A DNA stretch of 64,000 nucleotides from Selaginella moellendorffii (Eukaryota > Plantae > Lycopodiophyta). The stretch covers positions 1,199,434 to 1,263,433 of the forward strand of contig NW_003314276.1 of NCBI RefSeq assembly GCF_000143415.4, in the 5' to 3' direction. Position 1 is the first letter of the stretch. The number at the start of each line of letters is the position of its first letter. Below the pieces are notes generated by a model that had not been told where the DNA came from, did not search any database, and was given only the letters and a program-made list of their open reading frames with translations. The position numbers and the translations under genes were made by a program. Positions 37,246 through 48,989 of the stretch are shown one piece after another.

Positions 37246-38248
37246 GAGCCTGAGAGGGTGAAAGCCCAAAGCGTTCGTCTCCCAGACCCTGGGGGGTTTG
37301 GTGAGCTCCAAAAGTATAGTAGGGGGAGGACTGCAGTGGAGACAGTTTGGCCAGGAAAGGCCAGTTTGGCCCAGGAAGGCCGGACCCAGTGTTGGGTGAT
37401 GAGCTGCCCACTGGGAAGTCCAAGACTAGAGTGAACATGGACTGACAAGCGGGGTAGCTTGGTGAAGTGTTCAAGAGCCGGCTCTAGTTCCCCCGGGAGA
37501 TCGACTGGCCGATGCTCCCAGTCCAAGTGTGGGTGGCACTACCTACTTGGATACCAGGCGTGGCTCAATGGAACCTCGCTCTAAGCCCATGGCTAGAGCA
37601 CATAAAGGCGATAGGTGGGGAGAGTACCCAGGTGGCTCGCGTAAGGCCACGGTGTTTCGAAATGTTGTCCCAAAGGCCCAGACTGTGGAAAGGAAGAGGA
37701 GCAGTCCTCTGGGGTAGTGACCAAGGACACAGTCATGTGGTGAGGAAGTCCTAGAGGACCGTGGGACTTAGGGGTCAGGCCGGTGGGCCTCGATCCAGTG
37801 GCAGTGTTGGCAAACACGGCCAGGGGCAGAAAGGGACTTGGTAGGAACTGACAAAGGGACTTTGGGGAAGGCAATTCCCCAGGTCTGTGGGCATCCTAAG
37901 GATGCTAAGGAGTGGATCTAGGATGACCCCTTGTGGACACATGGCTCAGTCTTGGAGAGACGAGGTGGTGATGCAAGTGGTGTTGAACCACTAGTGCAGC
38001 AAGGTGAATGGGCATGGCATTAGCGTAACGGGCCGAGATGTCAGTGGTACCTTTGGGTGTCGGTCTCAGGACCAGACACGTGGAGCACTTGGACCAGGTG
38101 CAAGTGTGGAGTGGCATGGATGCCATTCTTGGGGCTAGCAAGTCCCAAGTCCTGAATTGGATTGATGGAGGTTGCGAATGAGACTCCTCCAAGTGGTCGG
38201 AGGTGTGGTTAAGTGACTAAAGTAGAATGGAAAATTTAGTCGTTTACA

Positions 38249-39577
38249 GTCACGCACTAAAACAGGCTATGGATGTCTTGTATTTTGAGATGGAGACTCG
38301 GCTAGATGATTTTCCCAAGATGGTCCTGGAAGAACAAGCCATCCAGCCTGAGCAGCCTATGGAAGAAATGCAGGAAGGGGATGAGGAGCCAGAGAAAGAT
38401 AATGAGCAGGAAGAGCAGAAGGACGAAGAGGAGGACAAAGAAGAGGAGGACGAAGAAGAGGAGGATGAAGAGGACTTGGATGGTCCTCACAATGGTGACG
38501 ATCATAATAACGACGACGACGATGGCCAGCTTGAGGTGGCCAAAGAGCAGCGGAGGAAGGTCATACAAGACAAACCATCAGGTAAATAATAGTACATCCA
38601 TTCCTAACCTTTTACCATTTCTAACATTGTCCATGTAGGTCGCAGAGCAAATGGTAAGTAGAGATTATTCAGTTGAATTAAGATACAAACTCTAGCCTTT
38701 AGTGTCGAGGAAGGATAGTGCCAAGCAAGGGTCGAAACGTATGTCCAATCCTTCAGAATCAGCAGTGCGCCCAAGTGATATCGGTCCTAGTTCCTCAATA
38801 GCAGTTGATGGTAAATACAGTATAGTCGATTCAATGTGCTAATGAGTTTGTTTTTAGTAGCCAGTAGGGAGGATACCATCTCAATCGAAGGGAGATATTT
38901 GGACATGCATATGGATCCGCTAGTGGACTCTACTTGCCTGCAAGAGTCATCAGAGCTGGTGGAGGCTACTATCCATATCAACGCCAAGCAAGCTGACCAC
39001 GCTCCACTTGATGCTGCCCATACCACTGAGTCAATCTTGTCCACGTATCCAACTAACGGTGACCAAGCGCCATTGGACCCGCATGAGGCCGCCCCAGCCG
39101 CCGAGCCGGTCGTATCCTCATTTCCAACGGACTCAACATGTGCCCAATCGTCTGACTACGTGCCGTTGGAACCTCCCTACACCGCCCCTGCTGCCTGTTT
39201 GGTCATATCCACTTTGCCAATGGAGGCACCAGCTGAAATGGCGTGTGATCACACGCCATTGGAACCACCCCATGCCACTATTGAGCCAGTTGTACCAGAG
39301 TCTACAGCTGAAATGGCATGTGCCCACACGCCATCGGATGCGATTGACCCCACATTGCAGAGGAGAGTATTTTCGCCCTTCACGTTTCCTCGACCAAAAC
39401 CCTCTCAACAACCATCGGGAGCACCATTCGCTAATATTGTAGATGGTAAAATTGACTTGTACCATTTTTTATGCTGACGCATTTCATTTCAGAGTCACGG
39501 CGAAGGTACTGTATCGTTTTTGATCTGAACCATGTCCTTTTCTCCCATGAGCGTGGCTCGTCCTCGAATGTCACTGC
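38249..39577 (+). repeat. Copy 2 of the 1.33-kb duplication (cargo gene exons 7-11)
   Basis: Begins GTCACGCACTAAAAC as at 29231 and continues uninterrupted into the phosphatase exon. Confidence 0.95.
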
Positions 39578-40355
39578 ACCCTCCAAAGCCTGCGGTCGCA
39601 AGTTGGTCAAAAGAGACAGATTCACATTAATCACACGGGAGAATCTGCAGGATCTAATAATGACCATGCGACACTTAAAACAGAGGGCCGGGTTCAATTT
39701 GCAATTGGGAGTTTGGACATCCATGATGCGCCACAATACATTAATGTTGCTACAGATGATGCACGATCAGACGCGAGTAATATTACCATTTGACTTTCTC
39801 CTAACGCAGGAGGATTGCTTGACTATGGTCCATGTGAGGGGTAGCAAGCCCATCTTCGTCAAGCCAGAGGCTGTAGTGATGAACCGGACTGCTAGGTCAA
39901 GTGAAATCCTCATCATCGATGACTCGCCGATTAAAACTGTAGCGAACACGCACACATATGCAGTGCACCCCATCTCTTGCAGTATGGAAACTAGAGAGAA
40001 GAAACCGTATGTTCTGGGGGACCTTGCAAAACGGCTTGGAACGATGGTGATAGAGAACCGGCCAGTCCAGGAGGTGGCTGCAGAAATCAACCAAATGGCA
40101 GATGGAATGGTATATCAGAAGCCATTTGATCGGACAGACACCAGTCATCATTTATGGCATGTATATTGTCTAGCCAAGCACTATCCGCATCTCCATAATC
40201 TGCTCAACCGGATGGGTTCTTCGACCACTGAACATGAGCGTGGACGTATTAGAGAAGAGATGGCATTACTATTGGGTTTAAATCCTGATAGTGTGGAGAG
40301 TGATGAAATTCCAAGATTATTGTATAGGCGTTGGAGGCAAAAAATAACAGTCTGA
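39493..40355 (+). CDS. Last exon of cargo gene: FCP1/NIF-family HAD phosphatase-like domain
   Basis: HAD motifs in order: IVFDLNHVL (DLNG in copy 1), LGVWTSMM, FVKP, ILIIDDSPIK. Acceptor TTTCAG at 39492; open to TGA at 40355. Confidence 0.8.
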
Positions 40356-40770
40356 GATGGCATGTATTTATTTAAAAATGTAACTTATTATGGCATGGGG
40401 TTCCATGCCATTGTATTAATATTAAAAGACAATTCTTTGAGAGGATTTGCATTATACTAGAAGTGTTACAGCATGTTATTGGAAGTCTACGAAGTTGTTT
40501 TATTAATAAGGGGAAAGTAAAGATTGAATCGGGACTTGGGCTCCACCTAGACTCGGAGCAACTGAGCCAATATTAAAAGGATGGAAAGAAATTGGACGAC
40601 GATGACAAGGAGAAGAGAGAGGTGAAGCAGTGGCAGGGGGAGGAGAAGTGATTGAGTAGACATTTCCTTGTTTAAAATAAAATGGCATGTGCCTCAATGC
40701 AGTTGAATTTTGTTATATTTATATACTATATAAAGGTTTGGAAACCTTATTTTACAAGTGGGATAATGAC

Positions 40771-40797
40771 AATTCCCACTTTAACAAAATAGAGCTT
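40771..40797 (-). repeat. Right terminal inverted repeat
   Basis: AATTCCCACTTTAACAAAATAGAGCTT; the host LARD sequence resumes immediately after it. Confidence 0.88.
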
Positions 40798-41068
40798 AAA
40801 AATAATAAAAGAAAATTATCCTCATATAGTTAAGGCTTGTGTTTATGCATTTGAGACCAGAATTAATGACTGTAAGAGGTCAAATACAAATGAGGACACA
40901 AATCCTTGAAATGGTAGCTAAGGCTACCTTTTATAAATGTTGGAACAAACCCAAAAAGTTGAGGGTGTATTTAGAGGATGAGTTGATATTCTAATCATAT
41001 GGACAGATAGTCTTAAGGGGGCAAAGGTAGCCCATAGAGAACGGAAAATAATCAAGTGTTAGAGTAAC

Positions 41069-44000
41069 TGTTAGGTGCCAGCTTTGACCATGTGGTCAAC
41101 ATTGGTTAAAGGGAGGCTAAGGGTATATTAAGGCATGTTAGGGTACCCTAGGGCTCACAGTGGAGCGGCGGCACAATGGAGCTTTTGAGGTGGCTTGGGG
41201 GTGGTTGGGTGGTGAGAAACCTCAAGAAGTGGCATAGCATAATCTAGAGTGACTAGATCTTTATCTTTTTGCGTTGGATCATAACATTGGTATTAGAGGA
41301 GTTGGTTGCAATGGCTGACCAAGCTGAATGCTAGAATCCTATTGTTAATGGTGGTGCCGAAGATGGTGCTGACAGAGCTATGGAGATTTAGACCATTCAA
41401 GATGTTGTTCATAAGCTACGAGCCCTGAAATCAGCAAAAGATGCAAGACGAGATGCATGGCATGATGGATACCATGTGTGGGCATATTGAGGCACTCGAG
41501 GCTGGACGTGGTAGCGCTCCAAGTAAACCTTCCTTGGTAGATCGACTCGAGAATCCAACGTTTTCCAATGATGGTGGTGTGGAAAAGTGTCTCACTTAGT
41601 TAGCCAATATGAAGAAGTTCTTGGTTGCTAAGGGAACTCCGGATGTAGAGGCTTTAGTGGCTATTCCAATGGTTTTGTGTGATGCAGGTCTTTGGTGGTG
41701 GAATTGGCTTGAAGAGTCTTGTGTTGTAGATAAGAAACCACTAGTGTCTACCATGGATGAGTTTGAGTTTGCTTTTTATTTATGTTTTGCCCCTCACTAC
41801 AACGTGGAGAATGCTTACATAGAACTTCGATATTTCTAGCATGGGAAAATGAGGCTTGGGGACTATATTGAAAAGCTTACTTGCTTGATTAGCTATATTC
41901 TAATGAAGGATCTAGAGTAGAATAAATCTTACTTCATTGAGGGCCTTCATAGTGAGAGCATGCAGCAACACTTGTGTCATTCTTAGCCTACAAAGAGTTT
42001 GGAGGAGCTCTTTGATGTGGCTCATTGACTTAACAATGACAAGCACAAGTCTTGCAAGCGTTCGCAAAGTCCTTCTGTCAAGAATCGTCGTAATAATCAC
42101 CGTAGACACAAAAATGGGAACAAGCATCACAAGTTGAAGTCTGTGGTGACTACTTCAGATGCAAAGGGGTCTAAGAAGCAAAAGTTCTTTGTGAAGAATT
42201 ATAGATAGGGTTGTCATCATTGCAGCAAGCTTGGACACTACAAAACTGATTGTCCACAGTTGAAGAACAAACAGTAGGGCAAGAAGAATGGCCAATCTTC
42301 TACTGATGGTAAGTCAAATACTAAAAAGTTGCAAACTTTGTAGCATGAGGATGACGGGGACGACCATTCCAATTGAAGGAAGAAGCTTTCAATCGTTGCT
42401 CATCAACTCAACTATATGTGAAACAAGATGGAGCTTGAGGATATTTGTGAATTAGCTTTAATATTGGAGGGTATGTTCTGTGGCGTCCAATGTGGATTTT
42501 ACTGGATTGTGGGAGTGATGACAACTTTGTTTTGGCAAAGTTTGTTGTGGAGCATGGCTTGGTCACATGAGGAGTTTTTCCATACACAGTGGAAAGTGCA
42601 GCTACCTCTACTTAGCATTTCGATGCTTGTGTAGAGGGTCTGGAAGTGTTGGTTGGCAAAACCACACTTGTGGAAACTTTTTATCTCACGGATATCTAAT
42701 CGTGTGGATCTCATTCTTGGGATGCTATAGTTGGTGAAGGTGGATCCAAAGATAAAGTGGAGTATTAAGCGTGTCTCACTAGAGTATGGTGGCATTAAAG
42801 ATATGTAGTTTAGAGAGGGAGTTCACCTTCCAATTATTATGCTCTCTATTACATCTTTAAAGCAGGCTTATCATAATGGAAAAGCACTTTTGAGTTACTT
42901 GCTGTTTGTTCGTGACTTAGGGGACCAAGGCACATGTGGGGGCAAAGTAGCAGTACAAGATGTATTCAATAAGTTCTCTAATGTTTTCCCATCTAAACTT
43001 CCTAGCCTCCATTATGAGGTGTGGAGCATAAGATTACGTTGGAGCCGGGGACACATCCAATTTATCGGCATCCATTTCGGTTAAGTTATGCAGAGGAGCA
43101 AGAAGTTTAACAAGAAGTCAAGGAGTTATTTGAGTTTGGATTTATTCAGCCAAGTAAGTCTCTGTTTGGTGCTCCGGTCTTGCTTTTGAAAAAAGACGGT
43201 TCAATGCAGATGTTATTGACTACCGTGCCTTGAACAATAAGATAGTGAAGGATAAGACGCTGATGCCGATGCCACATATGGATGATATTTTAGACAAGCT
43301 TGGTGAAGCACGAGTGTTTACCAAGATTGATCTGAGGAGTGGATATCATTAGATTGCAATAGATGATGCATCTATTTCCAAGACAGCATTTAACACAAGC
43401 TTCAGGCATTTTAAGTTTATAATTATGCCAATTGGTTTGACAAATGCACCAACCACATTTATTTGGTTCATGACAAAGGTATTTAGGCGTTACCTTCATG
43501 AGTTTTTGGACATTTTCTTGGACAATATTCTTGTTTTCAGTAAGAATATGGAGGAGCATAGGGTGCATTTATACAAAGTTCTTTTGTTACTCCATGATAA
43601 TAAAATTTATGTGAAAAAGAGCAAATATGAATTTACAAAATCAAAGGTGGAATATCTAAGCCATATTGTGACATCTAAGGGTGTCAAGACGAATCCCAAG
43701 AAGGTGGCTGTGGTGGAGAATTGGCCTACACCAACTTCAGTGGCTAAGTTATGCAACTTTCTTGGAATGGTTAGTAGTTACTACTGATGTTTCTAACATA
43801 AGTTTGCAAAGGTCTATCTATTCCTTTGATACGGTTGTTATGCAAGAACGTGCCATTCGAGTGAAAGAAGCTACAAGAGGAGAGTCTTGTGGTGCTGAAA
43901 CCATTGTTGAGCGAGGCTCCAATACTTCACATTGCTGATCCATTGAAACCTTACGTGGTGACATGCAATGCGAGTGGTTATGCACTGGGAGGAGTTCTCA

Positions 44001-45832
44001 TGCAAGAGGGATAGCCTATTGCATATGAGAGTCGAACTTTGAATCCCACAAAGCAACACTATTCCACATATGAGCAAAAGTTACTTTCTATTGTTCATGC
44101 TTTGCGGACATGGTGGCATTATCTTTATGGTGCAGTGTTTGTGGTGTTAATGGATCACAAACCATTTATGTATATTTTCACACAGAAGGATTTGAACACT
44201 AAACAAGCTCGTTGAATAATCAAACTCATAGAGTTTGGGGAGTTTCCTATTGAGCATCGTCCAGGAAAATCAAATGTGGTGGCAGATGCTTTATCTTGTG
44301 TTCATCATGTGATAACATTACAAACACAGTTTTGTCATTATTTGAGTAAGGTGGTTAGTGAGGTTGGGCAGTTGGTTGCACATGCTCAAGCTCAGGATGC
44401 TGAGGTGGTCTCTTTGTGAGACTAGATAGACACCCCTTTCTCATTGGTGGATGGGATTCTCTACTACAATGGCCGTATATATTTGCCACGGGTGGATGCA
44501 TTAATTACTCAAGTTTTATTCCACTATGATGATCGTCCAGAGGCCGGTCATTTTGGGGGGAAGAAGATGTATGAGTTGATTAAGTGTAATTTTTATTGGA
44601 AGAATATAAAGGCTAATATCCTCGAGTATTATAAATCATGTGAGCTCTATCAGTGGGTTAAGGTGCCACGGAAGAAGCTGGGGGGACTTTTGCAACCTTT
44701 ACCTATTCCTCAGAGCCATTGGTGAAGTATCTCTATGGATTTCATCACTTTTTTGCCATGCACACAAAGGTAAAAGGAGCAAGTATGGGTTATAATGAAT
44801 CAGTTGACGAAGTATGTGCAATTGTTGGCTCTTCGAAAGACTGTCACTGCCTCAAACTTAGCTACTGTCTACTTGGAGAAGGTTTTTCCTGATTTTGGTT
44901 TGCTAGAAGACATTATTAGTGATCAAGATTCAAAGTTCACAAGTGGATTTTAGAAGAGCTTTGCAAAAGCTATGCAAGTGACTTTGAAACTCTCGAGTGG
45001 AAATCATCCTTAGATGGATGGGCAAACCAAACATGTGAATTAGGTGGTGGAGGATATGCTACGAGGACAGTGGGATTTATATCTTCCATTGGTATAATTT
45101 ACTTACAACAATAGCTAACATAATGGAACCAAGTTAAGTCTTTACTTTGCCATGTTTGGAAGGCATCCCCAAACAGCGGTGGAGTTGGGATTGCAATGGA
45201 ATTTGTAGGTAGCTCAGGAGAGAGCGGAGAAGTTTCCTAATGAGTATCGCCAATTCTGGGAATATAAGATGGGTGATTTTGTCTTTATGCGAGTGATCTT
45301 TCCGTCAAGTGAGTAGCAAAACACTTTGGTGCCTTTGCAGACAAGGAAGAGTGATAAACTTTCCCATCGATATGCTGGTCCATATGAAGTGCTGGAGTGC
45401 ATTGGTAAAGCGGCTTATCAAGTGCGGCTGCTAGCTGGGTTGAAAATTCATTTGGTATTTTATATTAGCTAGTTGAAAGGTGTACTATCTCGGAGTGACA
45501 GGCCCAATGCCTCCTTGATGTATACGGCTGTGGAAGATGGACCAAAAGGTTCCCTAGAAAGGGTGATCACCAGTACAACTCGTCCTTGGGACAAAGACTT
45601 TGTTGGGGGGAAAGAATTGTCAGGCATCTTTGACCACGTAGTCAACGTCTGTCAAAGGGAGGCTCAATAGTATATTAAGGCATGTTAAGGTAAATAGGAC
45701 TTAACATACCCTAGGGCTCATAGTAGAGCTTTTGAGGTGGCTTGGGGTGGTTGGGTGGTAAGGAACCTCAAGATGTGGTATAGCATAGTATAGAGTGATT
45801 AGATCTCTATTTTTTTATATCGGATTATAACA
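41069..45832 (+). mobile_element. Full-length but decayed Ty3/gypsy element with short LTRs
   Basis: LTRs are 41069-41286 and 45618-45832, with TSD GTAAC on both sides, PBS TGGTATTAGAG and PPT GGGGGGAAAGAA. Contains gag CCHC remnant, RT (MPIGLTNAPTTF, FLDNILVFS), RNaseH and integrase (AGHFGGKK, GLLQPLPIP). Many stops. Confidence 0.95.
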
Positions 45833-47429
45833 GTAACATTTGCAAAGATGATCCTTGCGAGTAAGATAGTAGTGAACTAGCACCTCAAAAATAGCCAGGA
45901 GGCTAGGACCTTACAGGTCGTCAAATTAGCAAAGTTCAAAAAACTGGATGACTCGAGTGGAGTCAAGGAATGGTCCTAAAAGACTAGTGGAAGCAAGTTT
46001 GTTGTACCTTACGAAGTATGGGGAGGATCATTAAATCCAAATATGATAACAGTGGGTATCTCATTGATGGCAAAACATGCCATATTAAAGTTGTAGGAAA
46101 GGTGCCCAGAAGAAAACAACTTTGGCACAGAGTTGTGTGAGAACACTAGTGTAGTGCTAACTAATAGTTGGCATGAGAAACAACTACTTTGGTCTTGGCA
46201 AAGACCTAGACACAAGTGAGAAGTGTCGTAAAGATATGCTTGTAAAGCCAATAGTTTGGAAACACCAAATGTGCCAAAGTGTGATGCCTTGAGGTCAAGT
46301 TAGTGGGTTTATGAGAACCCTTGCCAAAAGAACCCCAATGGAAATAGGAATAATATAGCCTAAATTGGGATTAGAGTCTGGTGACCCAAATAATGATGGA
46401 GGTGTAGAAGCATCAACAATGAGTTGTAGGAAAGCAAAAAGTGCAAAATAATTGATTGAATTGGTAAAAGTTAACTACCTAAGACTTTTTATTAGGATAA
46501 GGAAGTTAGATGCACCCTTCCGAGGGATAAATTACTTATGTTGAAATATAATAAGTTAATGTCGTAAAGGGAAATGCTCATTGTCAAAGAAAGTCATCAT
46601 TAGAACATCTAAACACTCTAAAATACCAGGGAGTGGTGTTTGGTATCATGAGGGCATTAAATATGGCCCAAGGGACTAAATCCCTAACAAATAATAGATA
46701 GAAGGTGTTATCTAATGTCTAAAGTTGCAAAAATGGGAGAAATCTATTTATCCAAATTGGATAAAGCAAAAAAGGGAATTTGGCATGGCTAAAAATAGGC
46801 ATAAAGAGGCCCATGTGTAACAACGTTAATTTTGTGTGTAGGATTACATAGTGAATATATCCAAATTGAAAACCCACTCCCTAAGTTATTGAGTAGGTTC
46901 ATCCCCAAAAATACTTACTAAGGCATGGTAGAAAATGCAAAATTACCTTTTTAGATAGGAGGAGGATAACTAAAGGGAAGGCATAAGGCTAAAAATCAAG
47001 TAATAAAGGGATAAAATTGAACCATATGAATTGAAGGGCATAACTAGGGTGTTTATGTAAGTTAGGAATAAAGAATCAAGTGGGTGCTCGAACGTGTTGC
47101 TATTAACAACTGTAATGCCATGAAGAGTTTAAAGTATGGAATTATCTATGTTAGACCATATGATAATTAGAAAGTTTACAAAAGGAAAAGCATTAGCAAA
47201 CTAAGGGACAAAGTTCCTTTAAAATTCCCAAAGACAATTTTAGGTAACTTAGTATCTAGAAAAACAAGTGTAAATGGTTCATAAAATATACGAAATCAGT
47301 GTGGTGTAGCAGAAGTGTGGTCTTGAAGCTTGCCATGAGGCAAGGCTATCAAGGTTGAGGAAGTAGTCCCTGAGTCTTCAAAGAGATGGCTTTGAACAAA
47401 AGTCGATGATTAACGACTTTCACGCTTAT

Positions 47430-48562
47430 TGTAGCGCATGTGGTTTTGACCCTTTATCCTATGGTGATCTACCATAGGATAACACCACAAAGCAGAACCT
47501 AAACCCTCTTTGTGCCACGTGACAGATGCCACCTGTCCATGCCATGTGTCCATAGGAACCCGAGGTTCAGGGCCTTGGGCCACTGAACGAAGGAACAGTG
47601 CCAAACTCCCAAGCGTGGAGCCAAGGAGTGATGGAACCAGACCACGGAGCAACTCCCAAGCATTTAGCCCAAGGAGCAAAGGGACAGAAGCCCGAAGCGA
47701 CTTGGAACAGTCCTAGAGCAACTAGTATCCTAATGCCAGGATCAACACGCAAAACGGAGCCAAATGGAGTCTGGCACTATTTCGGCATACCAGTGGCCTA
47801 AGGTGAGGATATGGGTACTCCACCAGCTAGCATGGAATGGAACTTAGGCTTAGACCCAAGCCGAATGCAGAACAAGGACAAGCACGCAAGCGGGAGCTAG
47901 ACTATGCCTCAGGTTGGTCGGCCATGCCCGACCTACCCACTATCCCTACTATACATTTGGAACCCCCCATAGCCCCCCCCCCCCCTTGAGGAACACACGC
48001 TTTGGGCTTTCACCCCAAGCCTCCCTTAGTACCAGAAGTTAGTCTCTGGGACAAGCTCAAAACTTACTAAATATGGAATGTCCTTAGATTATGAATTTGG
48101 ACATGGGACGAACACCATTGTGTTCGGGCCGATCTCTACATTCCGTAGATATGCCAAATGAGCAAATCTAGACACTTTCCAGAAATAGCATTTGGGACCA
48201 AAATGAGACTAACACAAAGGGCATGATAGCGAGGGTGTTTGGCAGACACGGTAAGCTATCATATAGCGAATATTGAGGGACCAAGCTCAATATCACGGGG
48301 GTTCCCAACACTAGCAAGTGCAAGTCAACGAATGAGTTTCTCTAACCAGGTCAAGTATGCTTGACTAATAGCACTTAGGAATTCCGTCCTTATGCCCATC
48401 TAGTCAAGTGCACACGCGAGGACCAGTTTCTCAACTAGCTTAGGCGGAGACTAATAACGGGTCCAGCAATACCAACCTCCTGCCATTGTGGCAGTAAGGT
48501 AAGAGTGTCCGTAAGGACTAGCCGACAAGTAACTTTCGATACCTGAAGTCACATTCACGACA
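47430..48562 (-). mobile_element. Solo-LTR configuration, TGTAGCGCATGTG family, TSD CTTAT
   Basis: CTTAT at 47425-47429 and 48563-48567; TG...CA ends. Confidence 0.92.
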
Positions 48563-48989
48563 CTTATGTATAAAATCATATTACGCTAATCAGATGACTT
48601 GTTAAGCGAGATTAGCAAGTTGGAGGGAACAAAGTTGAAAGTGTTGACTTCAAAAAGGGGTGGCCCATAGGGCCAAGCATGGAGGAGTTCATGCATGATC
48701 ACAGACTTGTCAAGTGAAAGGACTTAGCAGTTTGAACGAATAAGTTCTTGAGTTATGATCCATAATACAGTTTAAGTATAAGTTGGTGTACCAGTGTGGG
48801 GAGTCACACCAGACATCTTGGGTGATGCTGTCCATATATGCATATATAGAGGTTGGGTTCGAGTCCCAACCCTTTAGTGCTTGGGTTTGAGTCCTAACTC
48901 ATTAGGGCGTGGCAATAGTTTAGAATATGAGGACACTTATTTTTCGGTGGTCATAGACTCTTAGTGAGGAGACTGGCTTGGGCACACCA

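Larger units (their letters stand above)
30565..38248 (+). mobile_element. Younger LARD-like non-coding LTR element, probably recombinant (no TSD)
   Basis: LTRs are 30565-32390 and 36417-38248 (TG...CA, ~1.83 kb), with PBS TGGTATCGGAGC at 32394-32405 and PPT GGGTGGTGGAG before 36417. The 4-kb internal region has no gag/pol motifs I can recognise. The flanks ACTGC and GTCAC do not match. Confidence 0.92.
18724..40703. repeat. Dispersed 22-bp palindrome family ATGGCRTG-N6-CAYGCCAT (~28 copies)
   Basis: Copies start at 18724, 19040, 19129, 19649, 19729, 19889, 20035, 21377, 21434, 23277, 23347, 23445, 24123, 24970, 25748, 25825, 25885, 27162, 28661, 28802, 28993, 30225 (perfect palindrome), 30300, 39238, 39313, 40390 and 40682. 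Half sites lie near 19540, 24055 and 40357. Confidence 0.95.
18498..40797. mobile_element. Large TIR DNA transposon (Sola-like/DUF7869-type), ~13.3 kb native length, with cargo gene and dispersed palindromes
   Basis: Left TIR AAGCTCTATTTCGTTAAAGTGGGATTT and right TIR AATTCCCACTTTAACAAAATAGAGCTT match at 25/27. Both flanks are A runs (probable 4-bp TSD AAAA). The flanks rejoin to rebuild the LARD sequence seen uninterrupted at ~32715-32770. Encodes a DDD transposase. Confidence 0.9.

Noticed and set aside
18724-40703. Palindromic repeats as a CRISPR array or MITE/REP family
   Set aside because: Spacing is irregular (tens of bp to kb), there are no constant-length spacers, cas genes or TSDs, and the context is eukaryotic.
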